From positions 620,001 to 684,000 of the forward strand of contig OZ234494.1 of NCBI GenBank assembly GCA_965153455.1: a stretch of DNA of 64,000 nucleotides, given 5' to 3'. Position numbers and translations under genes: made by a program. Positions 63,884 to 64,000 of this stretch are shown piece by piece. This stretch comes from Sphagnum compactum. Lineage: Eukaryota. A model generated the notes under the pieces. That model ran no database searches, was not told where the DNA came from, and saw only the letters and a list, made by a program, of their open reading frames with translations. Positions within the stretch are counted from its first letter, which is position 1, and each line of letters opens with the position of its first letter.

Positions 63884-64000
63884 GTAACTTGTTTAACAAA
63901 TAATGACATATTGAAAAATTTAATATTCCATATGACATTTTGTCTTGAAAAATTAATGTCCTATAAGTTGAACTAGTGATCATTTTTATTTATTTTTGAC

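Overview
Eukaryotic plant nuclear DNA: AT-rich, CpG-depleted, with GT-AG introns. It is most likely a bryophyte such as Sphagnum (inference from gene and repeat style). Three apparently intact spliced genes can be reconstructed: the 3' end of a diacylglycerol kinase (+, 261-1803), a complete LISCL/SCL14-type GRAS transcription factor with four introns inside the GRAS domain (-, 4469-8516), and the 5' part of a multi-exon LRR receptor-like kinase (+, 57274 to window end). About 47 kb between them is mostly decayed transposons: hAT, PIF/Harbinger interrupted by a solo LTR, a CRE-like non-LTR element, a CACTA fragment, MITEs and minisatellites. The most unusual structure is at 30.0-36.2 kb. There an intron-retaining TORNADO1-like LRR-Roc-COR pseudogene lacks its own stop and runs in frame into a truncated UBP15-19-like fragment (TM, coiled coil, zf-MYND), which abuts a fragment of a PPR gene. 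No RNA genes or CRISPR arrays could be supported. All family assignments are from recalled motifs, not database searches.
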